Shown: one piece after another, positions 20,772 through 30,422 of the stretch | Numbering within the stretch: the first letter of the stretch is position 1 | Layout of the letters: every line of letters starts with the position of its first letter | Origin: Patescibacteria group bacterium | GTDB taxonomy: Bacteria > Patescibacteriota > Patescibacteriia > UBA9570 | DNA length: 64,000 bases | NCBI GenBank assembly: GCA_041665365.1 | Contig: JBAYIY010000001.1 | Location: 104,720-168,719 of the forward strand | Reading direction: 5' to 3' | Translations under genes and position numbers: made by a program | Notes under the pieces: generated by a model | Told to the model about the DNA's origin: nothing | Database searches by the model: none | Seen by the model: the letters and a program-made list of their open reading frames with translations, nothing else

Positions 20772-21839
20772 ATGCACATACCTGGCTTGAAAAATTTTGG
20801 ACTGCGTAAAGAAGTCTACATTATGGTGGAAAATTTATCTGATTTGCTCACCAGTGGCATGAGTATTATCACGGTATTAGATTCCATTGCGTCTGAAGTA
20901 CGCACCACTCGCTTACGAAAACGGATCTATAGTATTTCTAAACAAGTACAAAGTGGTTCAACTTTAGCTAGTGCCTTTGCCAAAGAAGATCTGCTTCCAC
21001 CCCGCATGATTACGCTAATTAGAATTGGTGAAAAAACTGGTAAACTATCAGAAAACCTTAAAGTCTTAGTGCTGCAAAACCAAAAAGATGAGATGTTTCG
21101 TTCGAAAGTACGCTCTTCCCTACTCTATACCACAATCATTATGGTGCTGACAGTATTAATTGGCGGTGGCACTGCCTGGTACGTTTTACCAAAACTAACT
21201 TTAGCTTTTGAGCAGTTTGATGTGGTTTTGCCTTTACCAACTCGCATTATGTTGTGGTTTGGTACCATACTGAGTCGATTTGGTTATATTATTATGCCGT
21301 TAGTCGCCTTGATATTAATAAACGTATTTTATTTTCTGTTTAGTTTTCCGCGCACTAAATTTATCGGGCATAGAATACTGTTTCACGTCCCGTTAATAAA
21401 GACTCTGATTCGTGACGTCGAAATTGCCCGCTTCGGGTTTATTTTAGGCACGATGGTTCAAGCTGGCGTACCAATTGTACCCGCTTTGGAAGCACTAATT
21501 GACACCACTACATATAAAAATTATCAAGCTTTGTACAGCTATTTGGCAAAATCAATTGGTCAAGGCAAATCATTCCGGCAGTGTTTTCATGAATATCCAG
21601 GGATTGATAAATTATTTCCGAATACAGTGACGGCTTTGATTATGGCTGGCGAATTATCCGGCAATCTGGATAAACAATTACTCCATATTGGCGAACGCTA
21701 TGAACGCTTTGTTGATGAAGTCGCGCGCAATTTACCTATCATCATTGAACCAATTCTGATTGTTGGCGTTGGCATCGCGGTGGCTTTTTTAGGTGTCAGT
21801 ATTATTTATCCAATTTATCAATTGGCTGATTCTATTTAA
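20772..21839 (+). CDS. pilC: Type IV pilus platform protein (GspF/PilC family)
   Basis: 355 aa, polytopic. Two T2SSF-like repeats. Follows pilB. Confidence 0.75.
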   Translation: MHIPGLKNFGLRKEVYIMVENLSDLLTSGMSIITVLDSIASEVRTTRLRKRIYSISKQVQSGSTLASAFAKEDLLPPRMITLIRIGEKTGKLSENLKVLVLQNQKDEMFRSKVRSSLLYTTIIMVLTVLIGGGTAWYVLPKLTLAFEQFDVVLPLPTRIMLWFGTILSRFGYIIMPLVALILINVFYFLFSFPRTKFIGHRILFHVPLIKTLIRDVEIARFGFILGTMVQAGVPIVPALEALIDTTTYKNYQALYSYLAKSIGQGKSFRQCFHEYPGIDKLFPNTVTALIMAGELSGNLDKQLLHIGERYERFVDEVARNLPIIIEPILIVGVGIAVAFLGVSIIYPIYQLADSI

Positions 21840-21840
21840 C

Positions 21841-22272
21841 ATGCTGCCACGGGCGGGGTTTAGCTTAATCGAATTAATTGTAGTTCTAGCCGTAGTTAGT
21901 TTATTAGCGGTGTTATCTATTTCCACTTACGGCACAATTAGCGTTCATCATGATGTTAATAGTTCGGTTACAATGTTGCGTAGTAATATTGAGGCAGCCA
22001 AACACAGAGCGGTGGCTGGAGTGAACGATTCAAACTGGGGTATAAAGTTATTAGCTGATCGCATGGTGATATTTAGAGGTGTCAGTTATGCCGCTCGAGT
22101 AACAGCCTCTGATATTACCACCTACTGGCCACAGGGTGTAACATTTACTGGTACAGATGAAATCGTGTTTACTAAACTGACCGGCTCGCCCTCAACCACT
22201 ACTGCCTGGCAGTTAACGAAAAAAAACTTTTCCACTAACTTAACGCTCAATGCGACTGGAACATTACAATAA
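21841..22272 (+). CDS. Prepilin-type N-terminal cleavage/methylation domain protein (pilin/pseudopilin)
   Basis: Internal start MLPRAG|FSLIELIVVLAVVSLLAVLS directly after the pilC stop. Class III signal peptide. Confidence 0.6.
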   Translation: MLPRAGFSLIELIVVLAVVSLLAVLSISTYGTISVHHDVNSSVTMLRSNIEAAKHRAVAGVNDSNWGIKLLADRMVIFRGVSYAARVTASDITTYWPQGVTFTGTDEIVFTKLTGSPSTTTAWQLTKKNFSTNLTLNATGTLQ

Positions 22273-23632
22273 TAAAGCAGGTTTCTCTTTAGTTGAAGTA
22301 GTGGTAGCTACGGCCATTCTGGCGTTGCTGGCTACTGCTGTCACTGGAGTAATGATTTATGGTAGCCGCATCGGTTACACTGTCAATCAAAAACAGCAAG
22401 CCTCAGCCCTAGCCGAAGAAGGTTTGGAAGCCGCCCGCAATATCGCTGATAATAATTTTAGTAATCTAGTTAATGGCACTTACGGTTTGGTGATTAGTGG
22501 TAATCAGTGGACATATTCTGGAGCCAATGACACAACCGGCAGTTTTACTCGTACTACGACCATTAGTACGGTTGATGCTAATACCAAATCGGTCGCTGTT
22601 AACGTCTCTTGGACCGGTTTATTTGGGAGCAGCTCAACGAGTGCTACATCTTACTTGACCAACTGGAAAGCCGCTACCTATACTCCTTGGCAAACGCCTG
22701 TGGTATTTACTAGTTTAAATTTAGCCGCTGGACACGATGGATTAAAATTAGATCAATCAGGTAATTCTATTTATTTAGTACGCTCGAATGCTACGGTTAA
22801 CCTGATAGATGTTTCTACTCCATCCGCACCAACCTTAACTAGTTTTTTCACGGCCACGGTATCACCGAACAATTTAGCAGTGAGTGGCACAAATGTATTT
22901 TTATCCTCATCAGCCAATGCCCGAGAACTGGAAATAATTAGTTTTGCTACGCCACTTAGCCCGGTGTATGTTGGCAGTTATAATGCCGCTGGAACAGATA
23001 ATGCTACTAGTATCGCAGTGGTTGGTACGACGGCTTACCTAACACGAGTTAATGGCACTAATCCTGAATTTAATATTATTAATGTCTCAACTCCAGCAAC
23101 TCCAACCTTAACTGGATCATTAAACCTTTTAGGTAGCGCCAATGACATTAGTGTTAGTGGTAGTTATGCTTATATCGCTAGTAGTGAAGATACTCAAGAA
23201 TTACAAGTGGTGAATATTTCCGTACCGGCTACACCCAGTTTAGCTGGTACATTAGGTTTAACCGGCACCGCTGACGCTACCGCCATAGTTATCTATGGAA
23301 CGACTGTTTATGTCGGCCGTACCGATGGCAGTGTGGCCATTATTAGTGTCGCTACTCCAGCTACACCAACTTTATTAGGTACCTTTACTTCAGCCACGGC
23401 CATAAATGATCTTAAAGTAAACCCCACTGGTACCTTAGTATTTATTGCGGCCACACTTGGCACGGCCGAATTTCAAGCCATTGACGTTACGATACCGGCT
23501 ACCCCAACTTTATATAGTAGCTTAAATTTATCTGACACTTTATACGGCATAGTTTATCAAACTTCACCTGAATACGCTTTTGGTGCATCAGCCGATAATG
23601 CCGCCGAGTTTCAAGTGTTTAGCCCCAATTGA
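22250..23632 (+). CDS. Large pilin-like protein with prepilin N-terminus and LVIVD-type beta-propeller repeats
   Basis: 460 aa. NNKAG|FSLVEVVVATAILALLATAV, then at least 5 repeats of about 55 aa with VSTP(A/S)(A/T)PTL(T/A)G...A..I.V.G..AY (LVIVD-repeat-like). Confidence 0.55.
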   Translation: MRLEHYNNKAGFSLVEVVVATAILALLATAVTGVMIYGSRIGYTVNQKQQASALAEEGLEAARNIADNNFSNLVNGTYGLVISGNQWTYSGANDTTGSFTRTTTISTVDANTKSVAVNVSWTGLFGSSSTSATSYLTNWKAATYTPWQTPVVFTSLNLAAGHDGLKLDQSGNSIYLVRSNATVNLIDVSTPSAPTLTSFFTATVSPNNLAVSGTNVFLSSSANARELEIISFATPLSPVYVGSYNAAGTDNATSIAVVGTTAYLTRVNGTNPEFNIINVSTPATPTLTGSLNLLGSANDISVSGSYAYIASSEDTQELQVVNISVPATPSLAGTLGLTGTADATAIVIYGTTVYVGRTDGSVAIISVATPATPTLLGTFTSATAINDLKVNPTGTLVFIAATLGTAEFQAIDVTIPATPTLYSSLNLSDTLYGIVYQTSPEYAFGASADNAAEFQVFSPN

Positions 23633-23633
23633 T

Positions 23634-24113
23634 ATGAATAAACATACAACCGGTTTTACTTTAATTGAATTGATTGTCTATATAGCCATAGCCAGTATTT
23701 TGATTTTAACCGCCGCTGGTTTTATTCAAAGTATTTTACAAATTCAACGCACGCAAAAAATCGCTTCGTTGCTCGAGGCCAATGGTAATAATGCCATGCG
23801 GCGTATTACCCAAGCGGTGCGTAACGCCGATAGTATTACACTACCAACCACCGGAACCAGTGGCACCACGTTAACAGTGGCTACCTATAGTGGACCAACT
23901 AATCCAACTAGTTACACGCTCAGTGGTGGTCAATTACGTGAACAATTGGGCGCTGGTAGTGTCACACCTATCACTAGTACCGAGGTCACTGTTTCAGCGT
24001 TATCTTTTTATAATCTGTCACGAGCCGCAACACCGGGCGCTGTCCGTATTCAATATACCGTCACTTATGGTACACAAAGTAAAACATTCTATGGCACTGC
24101 TACACTCCGTTAA
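23634..24113 (+). CDS. Prepilin-type pseudopilin
   Basis: MNKHTTG|FTLIELIVYIAIASILILTAAGF starting at the ATG 2 nt after the previous stop. Confidence 0.55.
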   Translation: MNKHTTGFTLIELIVYIAIASILILTAAGFIQSILQIQRTQKIASLLEANGNNAMRRITQAVRNADSITLPTTGTSGTTLTVATYSGPTNPTSYTLSGGQLREQLGAGSVTPITSTEVTVSALSFYNLSRAATPGAVRIQYTVTYGTQSKTFYGTATLR

Positions 24114-24492
24114 ACCAAGTAATGGCTACACTATTTTAGTAGCAGTTATTTTAATATCAGCTGTGGCTTTAATTGTAGCTACCACCCTGGCCTTAACCAG
24201 TATTAATAGTTTGCGCGATCAAAGAATTGATAATGCCGCTGTTATTGCTCAAGCCACCGTCAACGGCTGCGGTGAATTAGCTTTATTGGCCATTCAACAA
24301 AATACCAGCTTCACCGGCACTGTTAACACTACAGTGAACGGTAATGCTTGTACCTACATAGTTACCAACACAGGCGGTAGTACACGCACCGTGACTGCTA
24401 CAGCGACATACAACACAGTCACAAGAAATATCACTATACTGGTTAATCAGGTAACGCCCAATATTACTTTCACGAGTTGGTTAGAAAATTAG
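24091..24492 (+). CDS. Minor pilin-like protein (hydrophobic N-terminal helix)
   Basis: MALLHSVKPSNGYTILVAVILISAVALIVATT, read from the internal ATG overlapping the previous stop. The upstream part of the ORF-track ORF is antisense noise. Confidence 0.4.
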   Translation: MALLHSVKPSNGYTILVAVILISAVALIVATTLALTSINSLRDQRIDNAAVIAQATVNGCGELALLAIQQNTSFTGTVNTTVNGNACTYIVTNTGGSTRTVTATATYNTVTRNITILVNQVTPNITFTSWLEN

Positions 24493-24496
24493 GTTT

Positions 24497-25957
24497 TTAC
24501 TTTAATAAAGTTTCCAAATCCAACCGCTCTGTAACATTTATTTGATTCAAGAATTCTTGATCGTGACACACTAAAATAATGGCTCCAGCAAACTTATTCA
24601 GCGCCTCAGCAATAATTGGTAAGTGTCGAAAATTTATATGGTTAGTTGGTTCATCCAGAATTAATAAACCGGGTTGTTGCACCATAAAACGAGCGTAACA
24701 AAGCAAACCTTTTTGGCCTTCTGATAATGACCCAATGTTATTTTGTAACAAATCTCCGGTTAACATAAAATGCGCCGCCGCCCGATAGACCGTTTCATCT
24801 CCCCCACTATTTTCCAATTGACTAGCCCGCAATGTTTTCATGGCTGTACTGGAAAAATCTAAACCGGAAAAATCTTGCTCATAATACCCTACTCTTAACC
24901 CCGCCGGCGGTGTTTGCGCCAGACGTTTAAGAGCCGTAGTTTTGCCGATGCCATTGGGCCCAATAATATGTAAAATATCTTTTTGGCGTAAAATAATATC
25001 AACCGGTTTATCTAAAATAGAGGTCAATTTTATCACCGGATTGCCAATATTTTGTGCCTGAATAATAAATGGCCGAATGGTTTTATCTTCTTGTCTAACA
25101 TCTACTATATTCTCTTCACTCTCTTCAATTTGATCGCGTAATTTACTGGCTAACTTCCGCATCTTGCCCCCTTTATGTGAGAAGAAGTTCACTTTATCTT
25201 TACGATCTTGAATGTTTTTTTGCAGTTGAGCATTTTTATGTTTCTCACGCTCTATTTGCGCCGCGATTTCTTCCACCACATCAAAGTAATTACCAACATA
25301 TTGTTGTACGGTGTGTGTAAAAACATCTAAATTTAATACACCGTCAGTGAAAGTATTTAAAAAACCAGCGTCATGGGAAATAACAATGACAGTTTTTTCG
25401 TAACCTAATAGAAAGCCGGTCAGATGATCTATCCCGGCACTATCTAAATTATTAGTCGGCTCATCTAATAATAAAATGTCCGGCTCTTGAATTAAGGCTT
25501 GGGCTAATAATAACCGCGCTTGTTGACCACCCGATAATTGTTTGACTAAACGATCTAGTGGTATATCCAAATTTACTACCTTAAATATTTTCTCAATCCG
25601 TCTAGACAAATCATAAACTTTGTCCGGAAAGGCTCTCGTAAAAAAATCCTGTACAGTAATGTCTAAACAATCACGCGGTACAACTTGGGCTGCCAAGGCA
25701 ATACTAGCACCCGGTTGAATATGAATATTCCCACCCTGAGGTTGTAATTGCCCAGTGATTAATTTAAATAAGGTGCTTTTACCGGCTCCATTTTGACCCA
25801 TGATGGTAATTTTAGCGTTGGCGCGCACCGAAAAATTCGCCTCAGTCAAAATAACCTTAGTTTCGTTATAATGATAAGTGACATTATTAAATCGAATGGC
25901 AACAACTTGGTCAGTCATACAGTGGCTCACACTAATAGATTTCACCAGTTTGGTCAA
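24497..25957 (-). CDS. ABC-F family ATPase (tandem ABC domains, no TMD)
   Basis: 486 aa. Two Walker A motifs (GQNGAGKST; GPNGIGKTT) and two LSGGQ signatures (LSGGQQARLLLAQAL; LSEGQKGLLCYARF), with an inter-domain linker. Confidence 0.8.
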   Translation of the reverse strand: MTKLVKSISVSHCMTDQVVAIRFNNVTYHYNETKVILTEANFSVRANAKITIMGQNGAGKSTLFKLITGQLQPQGGNIHIQPGASIALAAQVVPRDCLDITVQDFFTRAFPDKVYDLSRRIEKIFKVVNLDIPLDRLVKQLSGGQQARLLLAQALIQEPDILLLDEPTNNLDSAGIDHLTGFLLGYEKTVIVISHDAGFLNTFTDGVLNLDVFTHTVQQYVGNYFDVVEEIAAQIEREKHKNAQLQKNIQDRKDKVNFFSHKGGKMRKLASKLRDQIEESEENIVDVRQEDKTIRPFIIQAQNIGNPVIKLTSILDKPVDIILRQKDILHIIGPNGIGKTTALKRLAQTPPAGLRVGYYEQDFSGLDFSSTAMKTLRASQLENSGGDETVYRAAAHFMLTGDLLQNNIGSLSEGQKGLLCYARFMVQQPGLLILDEPTNHINFRHLPIIAEALNKFAGAIILVCHDQEFLNQINVTERLDLETLLK

Positions 25958-25980
25958 ATCGCATCACTATGTCACTTGAA

Positions 25981-26027
25981 ATTAATCAAGTAGAGACGTG
26001 CCGGCGGCACGTCTCTACTTGATTAAT
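25981..26027. repeat. 47-bp near-perfect palindrome ATTAATCAAGTAGAGACGTGCCG-G-CGGCACGTCTCTACTTGATTAAT (copy 2 of the GTAGAGACGT palindromic family)
   Basis: 23-bp arms. Flanked by the direct repeat AATCGCATCACT (25966-25977 and 26044-26055). A T-rich tract lies on the plus side. Confidence 0.7.
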
Positions 26028-26049
26028 TTTATTTGGTTTGATAATCGCA

Positions 26050-27132
26050 TCACTTGATCAGTTCAACGACCTCATCTGTCGCATCAGATATTTCTTCAGT
26101 CTTAATTTTTTCAACCACAGAAGTGAGTTTTTTTGTGCGTGTAACCGATACTTTTTGGTATTGATCTGAGGCCGATTGGAGCCGAGTACCTAAAGTATCT
26201 AACTCTTCATTAAATTTTGTGTATTCTAATTCAAATGTTTTTATTAATTTAATAATATCGTGTAAATTTTCTTGATAGCGAAAATTACGATAGGCTTGAT
26301 AAACCATACGCAATAGGGCTGTGAAACTAAATGGTCCGGCTAAAATCACCTTTTGTTTTAACGCATCTTCCCAAATATCTGGCATTTTTTCATAGATGAA
26401 ACTAAAGATCATTTCATTTGGTACAAACATCACCACAAAATCCAAAGTCTGTTCGGCCGGATTAATATAATCACGCGAGGTGGCTTGTTTGATTTTTTGT
26501 TTAACATCCTTGGAAAATTCCCGTAAATATATGTCTTTATCGACTTTAGTTTCGGCGGCTTGATATTTTAACAATGACTGAAAAGGAAATTTAGCATCAA
26601 TGTTCAATTTGGTTTTATCTGGTAACAGAATCGTAAAATCTGGCCGAGTGGTGACAGTATCTAAGGCGGTATTAGCTAAATATTGTTGCCCCTTAACAAA
26701 GCCAACTGACAATAATAGATTTTCAGCCACTTCTTCACCATAGCGTCCACGCAATTGATTGTTCGATAAAATATTTTTCAAATCATCCGTCGAGGTTTTT
26801 AATTCACTAGTCACTAATTTATGTTCGTCCACCACACTCTTGAGGGCACTGAATTGGCTAATCCGGGCTTGCTCGGATTGTTCAATTTTTTTCTGACTCG
26901 CCTCCAGATCATGTCCGATCCGATCAACTAGTTCTTTAATGGCATCTTTTTTACTATCCAGCGTTTGCGCACCTTGTTTCATTTTTTCATCTAAAACTGA
27001 TTGTAAACGCTGCTGCATGACATCGGTCGCTAGAGTTGTAATATAATGCACAATTGGTTTCTGCAGAACAAACAGCAGTGCCGTGCCAAGTGCAATGGTA
27101 GCCAGAATAGTCAAAATAATGGTGGTAATCAT
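26050..27132 (-). CDS. rmuC: DNA recombination protein RmuC-like
   Basis: 360 aa. N-terminal TM, a long coiled coil and C-terminal NIDAKFPFQSL...VVMFVPNEMIF resembling the RmuC C-terminal domain. Confidence 0.6.
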   Translation of the reverse strand: MITTIILTILATIALGTALLFVLQKPIVHYITTLATDVMQQRLQSVLDEKMKQGAQTLDSKKDAIKELVDRIGHDLEASQKKIEQSEQARISQFSALKSVVDEHKLVTSELKTSTDDLKNILSNNQLRGRYGEEVAENLLLSVGFVKGQQYLANTALDTVTTRPDFTILLPDKTKLNIDAKFPFQSLLKYQAAETKVDKDIYLREFSKDVKQKIKQATSRDYINPAEQTLDFVVMFVPNEMIFSFIYEKMPDIWEDALKQKVILAGPFSFTALLRMVYQAYRNFRYQENLHDIIKLIKTFELEYTKFNEELDTLGTRLQSASDQYQKVSVTRTKKLTSVVEKIKTEEISDATDEVVELIK

Positions 27133-27145
27133 ATAAATAATATTG

Positions 27146-28153
27146 TTATAAAGCCTGCGTCAGTAACTCCTTAATAAATTTTAAATTGTTGTATTTAGCG
27201 TGTCGGCCGACTAATTCAAGAAAACCATCGCCTGTTACCGGCTTCCCTGCCATCGTACCACACACCTGTAGTGGACCTTCCCAGTAATTCATTTTTCCAA
27301 AGATCATTTCTTGCTGTTTGACTTTTGGTGTGACTGTGACATCCAATTTTATGGCTGGAATTTTTATATGCCAGGTTAATTGATAAGTGGCACTGGTATT
27401 AGGACTAGTCCAGGCAGTACCAACTGGCTCAAGCGTAAATTTTTTATTATGAACTTGAGTATTATCTGGAAAAGATACGCTGGCACTATTTTTAAATTTT
27501 TCATTATCCTTAAAACGAGCCAACAAAATATCAGTTTTATTATCCAGTTGTAAGGAAAACCACGTCCAGTCAAAATCAACGAATCGCGCCTCAGCCCACT
27601 GATGATCCATCCAAGCAATCCCCTGTACTGGAATGAGGTTATTGTTCCACTGGATATTACCAGACACATATAATCTGGGTATTGAATAATAACATGATGA
27701 TTTACCTTGATATTTCATAATACCCGTTCCACCTACTAAGAGGGGCGGTTTTTCGGACAATAATTGGAGGTGCATTTTATCGGTTTGCACAACATAATGA
27801 AATGGTTCCAGTTCGTCTAGGCGCTGCGGTGCTTGTAATGGTTTTAATGGGAGACTACACGATAAAGACAACAACTTAGCTCTAGGAGGCTGTGTATGTA
27901 AGGCTAAATAACTAATTTGCCGTTCACAACTTTTTTGGCTAACATTAGTTAATACAGCATGGGGAAAATAGATTGACTCCACTGGTAAATATTCCAAAAT
28001 GGGTAAACTGGATTTTTTTGGATTAACATGAAAAATACAGTACATAAAAGCATACTGTTTGTTGTATTTATCGGTCAGATGCCCATTAATGTACCACCAC
28101 TCTCCGGCGACATTGTGGGGTAACTCATCGTGAGGGAATCGTAGTGCTTTCAT
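27146..28153 (-). CDS. AttH/CrtC-like lipocalin-fold protein (hydroxyneurosporene-synthase-like family)
   Basis: 335 aa. N-terminus FPHDELPHNVAGEWWYINGHL matches the CrtC/AttH signature. Confidence 0.55.
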   Translation of the reverse strand: MKALRFPHDELPHNVAGEWWYINGHLTDKYNKQYAFMYCIFHVNPKKSSLPILEYLPVESIYFPHAVLTNVSQKSCERQISYLALHTQPPRAKLLSLSCSLPLKPLQAPQRLDELEPFHYVVQTDKMHLQLLSEKPPLLVGGTGIMKYQGKSSCYYSIPRLYVSGNIQWNNNLIPVQGIAWMDHQWAEARFVDFDWTWFSLQLDNKTDILLARFKDNEKFKNSASVSFPDNTQVHNKKFTLEPVGTAWTSPNTSATYQLTWHIKIPAIKLDVTVTPKVKQQEMIFGKMNYWEGPLQVCGTMAGKPVTGDGFLELVGRHAKYNNLKFIKELLTQAL

Positions 28154-28218
28154 AGTTACCCTGTATGATATAGAATAACCTCAGTCTAGACAACTCTAAA
28201 CATTTTTTTAATATCACT

Positions 28219-28989
28219 ATGAAACCCATCGCTGAACTATTTAATCTAACTGGCCAAACTGCTATTGTCACCGGTGGCGCTATGGGCATTGGTCAGGGCA
28301 TCGTCCAGCGTTTACACGAAGCCGGAGCTAATGTCATAATTGCCGACGTTGCTGAACCGAAAAGCTTAACAGATAATGAGTTTTACATAAAAACCGATAT
28401 CAGTGATGAAACGAGTATAAAAAATTTAGTTACTGCTGTACAAAAACAATTTGGTCGAATAGATATACTAGTAAACAACGCCGGTATCTTTCCACAACAA
28501 CCAGTCTTAGCTATGGAGTTATCCTTCTGGGAAAAAATCCAGGCGGTTAATTTAAGAGGGACTTTTTTGTGTTGCCGCGAAGTTGGTAATGTCATGGCCA
28601 AGCAAGGTCGAGGTAATATTGTTAATATCGCCTCAATTGATGCGTTACACCCCAGCATGGCCGGGTTAGCCGCCTATGATGCTTCCAAGCACGCTGTATG
28701 GGGCTTTACGAAAAACTTTGCCTTAGAGGTAGGTAAGCTAGGTATTCGTGTTAACGCCATCGCGCCGGGCAGTATAAACACTGAGGGTGTAAAAAACCTG
28801 AATTCAGGAGCCGTACCGGCCGGTGTTGATATGACCGCCATCATGAAACAATTTTTAGCCAAAATACCATTAGGCCGCATGGGTGAACCGGATGATATCG
28901 CCATGGCAACACTATTTTTAGCCAGTGCTGCCTCTAGTTACATGACCGGTAGTATGATGGTAGTAGACGGCGGCGTGTTGTTGTCTTAA
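28219..28989 (+). CDS. Short-chain dehydrogenase/reductase (FabG-like)
   Basis: 256 aa. TGGAMGIGQGI Rossmann motif, NNAG, and catalytic S...YDASKHAV (YxxxK). Confidence 0.8.
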   Translation: MKPIAELFNLTGQTAIVTGGAMGIGQGIVQRLHEAGANVIIADVAEPKSLTDNEFYIKTDISDETSIKNLVTAVQKQFGRIDILVNNAGIFPQQPVLAMELSFWEKIQAVNLRGTFLCCREVGNVMAKQGRGNIVNIASIDALHPSMAGLAAYDASKHAVWGFTKNFALEVGKLGIRVNAIAPGSINTEGVKNLNSGAVPAGVDMTAIMKQFLAKIPLGRMGEPDDIAMATLFLASAASSYMTGSMMVVDGGVLLS

Positions 28990-28992
28990 AAA

Positions 28993-29532
28993 CTACTGAA
29001 TCGCGTTTAAGCGCACTTGAAATTGCAAAGTAGCATTGGGTGGAATAGCGGCGCCGGCACCCATAGAACCATAACCTAACTCAGATGGAATCACTAAAAT
29101 TCTCTCTTGCCCAATTTTCATACCAGCGACACCTTCATCCCAACCGGCAATCACTTGACCAACGCCTAAGGTAAAGGTAAAAGCCTGACCACGATCAAGC
29201 GAACTATCAAATTTCGTACCATCGGGCAACATGCCAGTATAATCCATTACAACATTATCACCAGCTTTGGCAGTATCGGTAGAAGTACCAACCGTTAAAT
29301 CTTTATATTTTAAACCAGATGTAGTAGTGGTTAATGTACTCATATCAGTGATGGGTAATTGCAAACCACTGCTAAACTCACCACTTGATATATTAACATT
29401 TGCATTCATATTTTTTGTAGTAGATTTATTAACGTTTATATTCGTATTTGAAGAAGTGGTAGTGGTGCTAGCACAGCCACTGATTAACACTAGTGATAAA
29501 ATAATGGTAGTTATTTTAAAAACATTTTTCAT
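28993..29532 (-). CDS. FKBP-type peptidyl-prolyl cis-trans isomerase, lipoprotein
   Basis: 179 aa. Lipobox LISGCAS, an N/T-rich linker and an FKBP core (VMDYTGMLPDGTKFDSSLDRGQAFTFTLGVGQVIAGWDEGV). Confidence 0.8.
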   Translation of the reverse strand: MKNVFKITTIILSLVLISGCASTTTTSSNTNINVNKSTTKNMNANVNISSGEFSSGLQLPITDMSTLTTTTSGLKYKDLTVGTSTDTAKAGDNVVMDYTGMLPDGTKFDSSLDRGQAFTFTLGVGQVIAGWDEGVAGMKIGQERILVIPSELGYGSMGAGAAIPPNATLQFQVRLNAIQ

Positions 29533-29557
29533 AGAATTGATTTATTTATTAATCAAT

Positions 29558-29609
29558 GATATCACATTGTCTCGATTGCGACTAGAAAAGCCTACACTAG
29601 TGATGGGTA
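29558..29609 (-). promoter_or_regulatory. Conserved about 50-bp intergenic motif, copy A (upstream of FKBP gene)
   Basis: Plus-strand sequence GATATCACATTGTCTCGATTGCGACTAGAAAAGCCTACACTAGTGATGGGTA. On the minus sense it ends about 25 nt before the FKBP ATG and contains a TGTGATATC (-10-like) element. Confidence 0.4.
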
Positions 29610-29683
29610 CAATTCACAATTAGTATGATGAAGCTATATTTAAAAAAAGTCTGGATTTTGTTTAGGTTCCAGAAACCATGTTT

Positions 29684-30316
29684 CTACTCGCAGCCCTCAT
29701 CGACTACGAAGTCGCAATCGTTGTCCTGCCCGTCGCAGAGCTCGGGCGCTCCGGGGTAGACACTGTCGTCCCCTTCACTACAGTCGGCATCTTCGACCAT
29801 CAGCGCCCACCCATCGGGCTGAGTGCAGTCGACAACTCCATTGAACGGGTTGATGTACCCGTCCTCATCCTCATCCTCGTACCAGGTAGACGGGCCAGCA
29901 ACATCTGAGTCGGCGTCGTCACAGTCAGTGGAGGCCGCCACCCCGTCGCCATCGGAGTCGGGCCAAGTACCCTCGTCGATGTCTCCATCGCAGTCGTTGT
30001 CGAGACCGTCACACAACTCCGGGGCTCCGTTGTAAACCGTCGCATCGCCGTCGTCGCAGTCGGTCGCATCGGCCAGGTACCCATCGGGCTGAGTACACGA
30101 CATGATGGGACTATCCTCCTGACCATGACCGTCCCCGTCATCGTCAGAGTGCCAAATCTCAGCTAACTCTGACGTCACGCCTTCAATGCAAACATCGTTG
30201 AGGTTGCAGCCGGAAAGCAGAAACAAAGAAATAGAGATAAACATGAATACCTCACATGTTGGTGGCCTGGGGTTTGGCTGTGGTTGAAAGTAAAACCCCG
30301 CGCTTGCCATTACCAC
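29684..30316 (-). CDS. GC-rich secreted lipoprotein with MopE-like Cys-rich repeats (CDGxDNDCDGxxDEG)
   Basis: ORF of 210 aa. Probable start at the internal MFISISLFLLSGC lipobox (about 30247). Repeats ATDCDDGDATVYNGAPELCDGLDNDCDGDIDEG and SEGDDSVYPGAPELCDGQDNDCDFVVDEG. Local GC is about 58% against an AT-rich background. Confidence 0.55.
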   Translation of the reverse strand: MVMASAGFYFQPQPNPRPPTCEVFMFISISLFLLSGCNLNDVCIEGVTSELAEIWHSDDDGDGHGQEDSPIMSCTQPDGYLADATDCDDGDATVYNGAPELCDGLDNDCDGDIDEGTWPDSDGDGVAASTDCDDADSDVAGPSTWYEDEDEDGYINPFNGVVDCTQPDGWALMVEDADCSEGDDSVYPGAPELCDGQDNDCDFVVDEGCE

Positions 30317-30422
30317 TTGGTACTGAACAGTGCGGGACTTACTTTCGCCTCATCCACCAAACTATGCGGCTAAACCGAGCTTAGCCACATAGCCTGTGTT
30401 AGCTGATGTTGGGCTGATTTTA

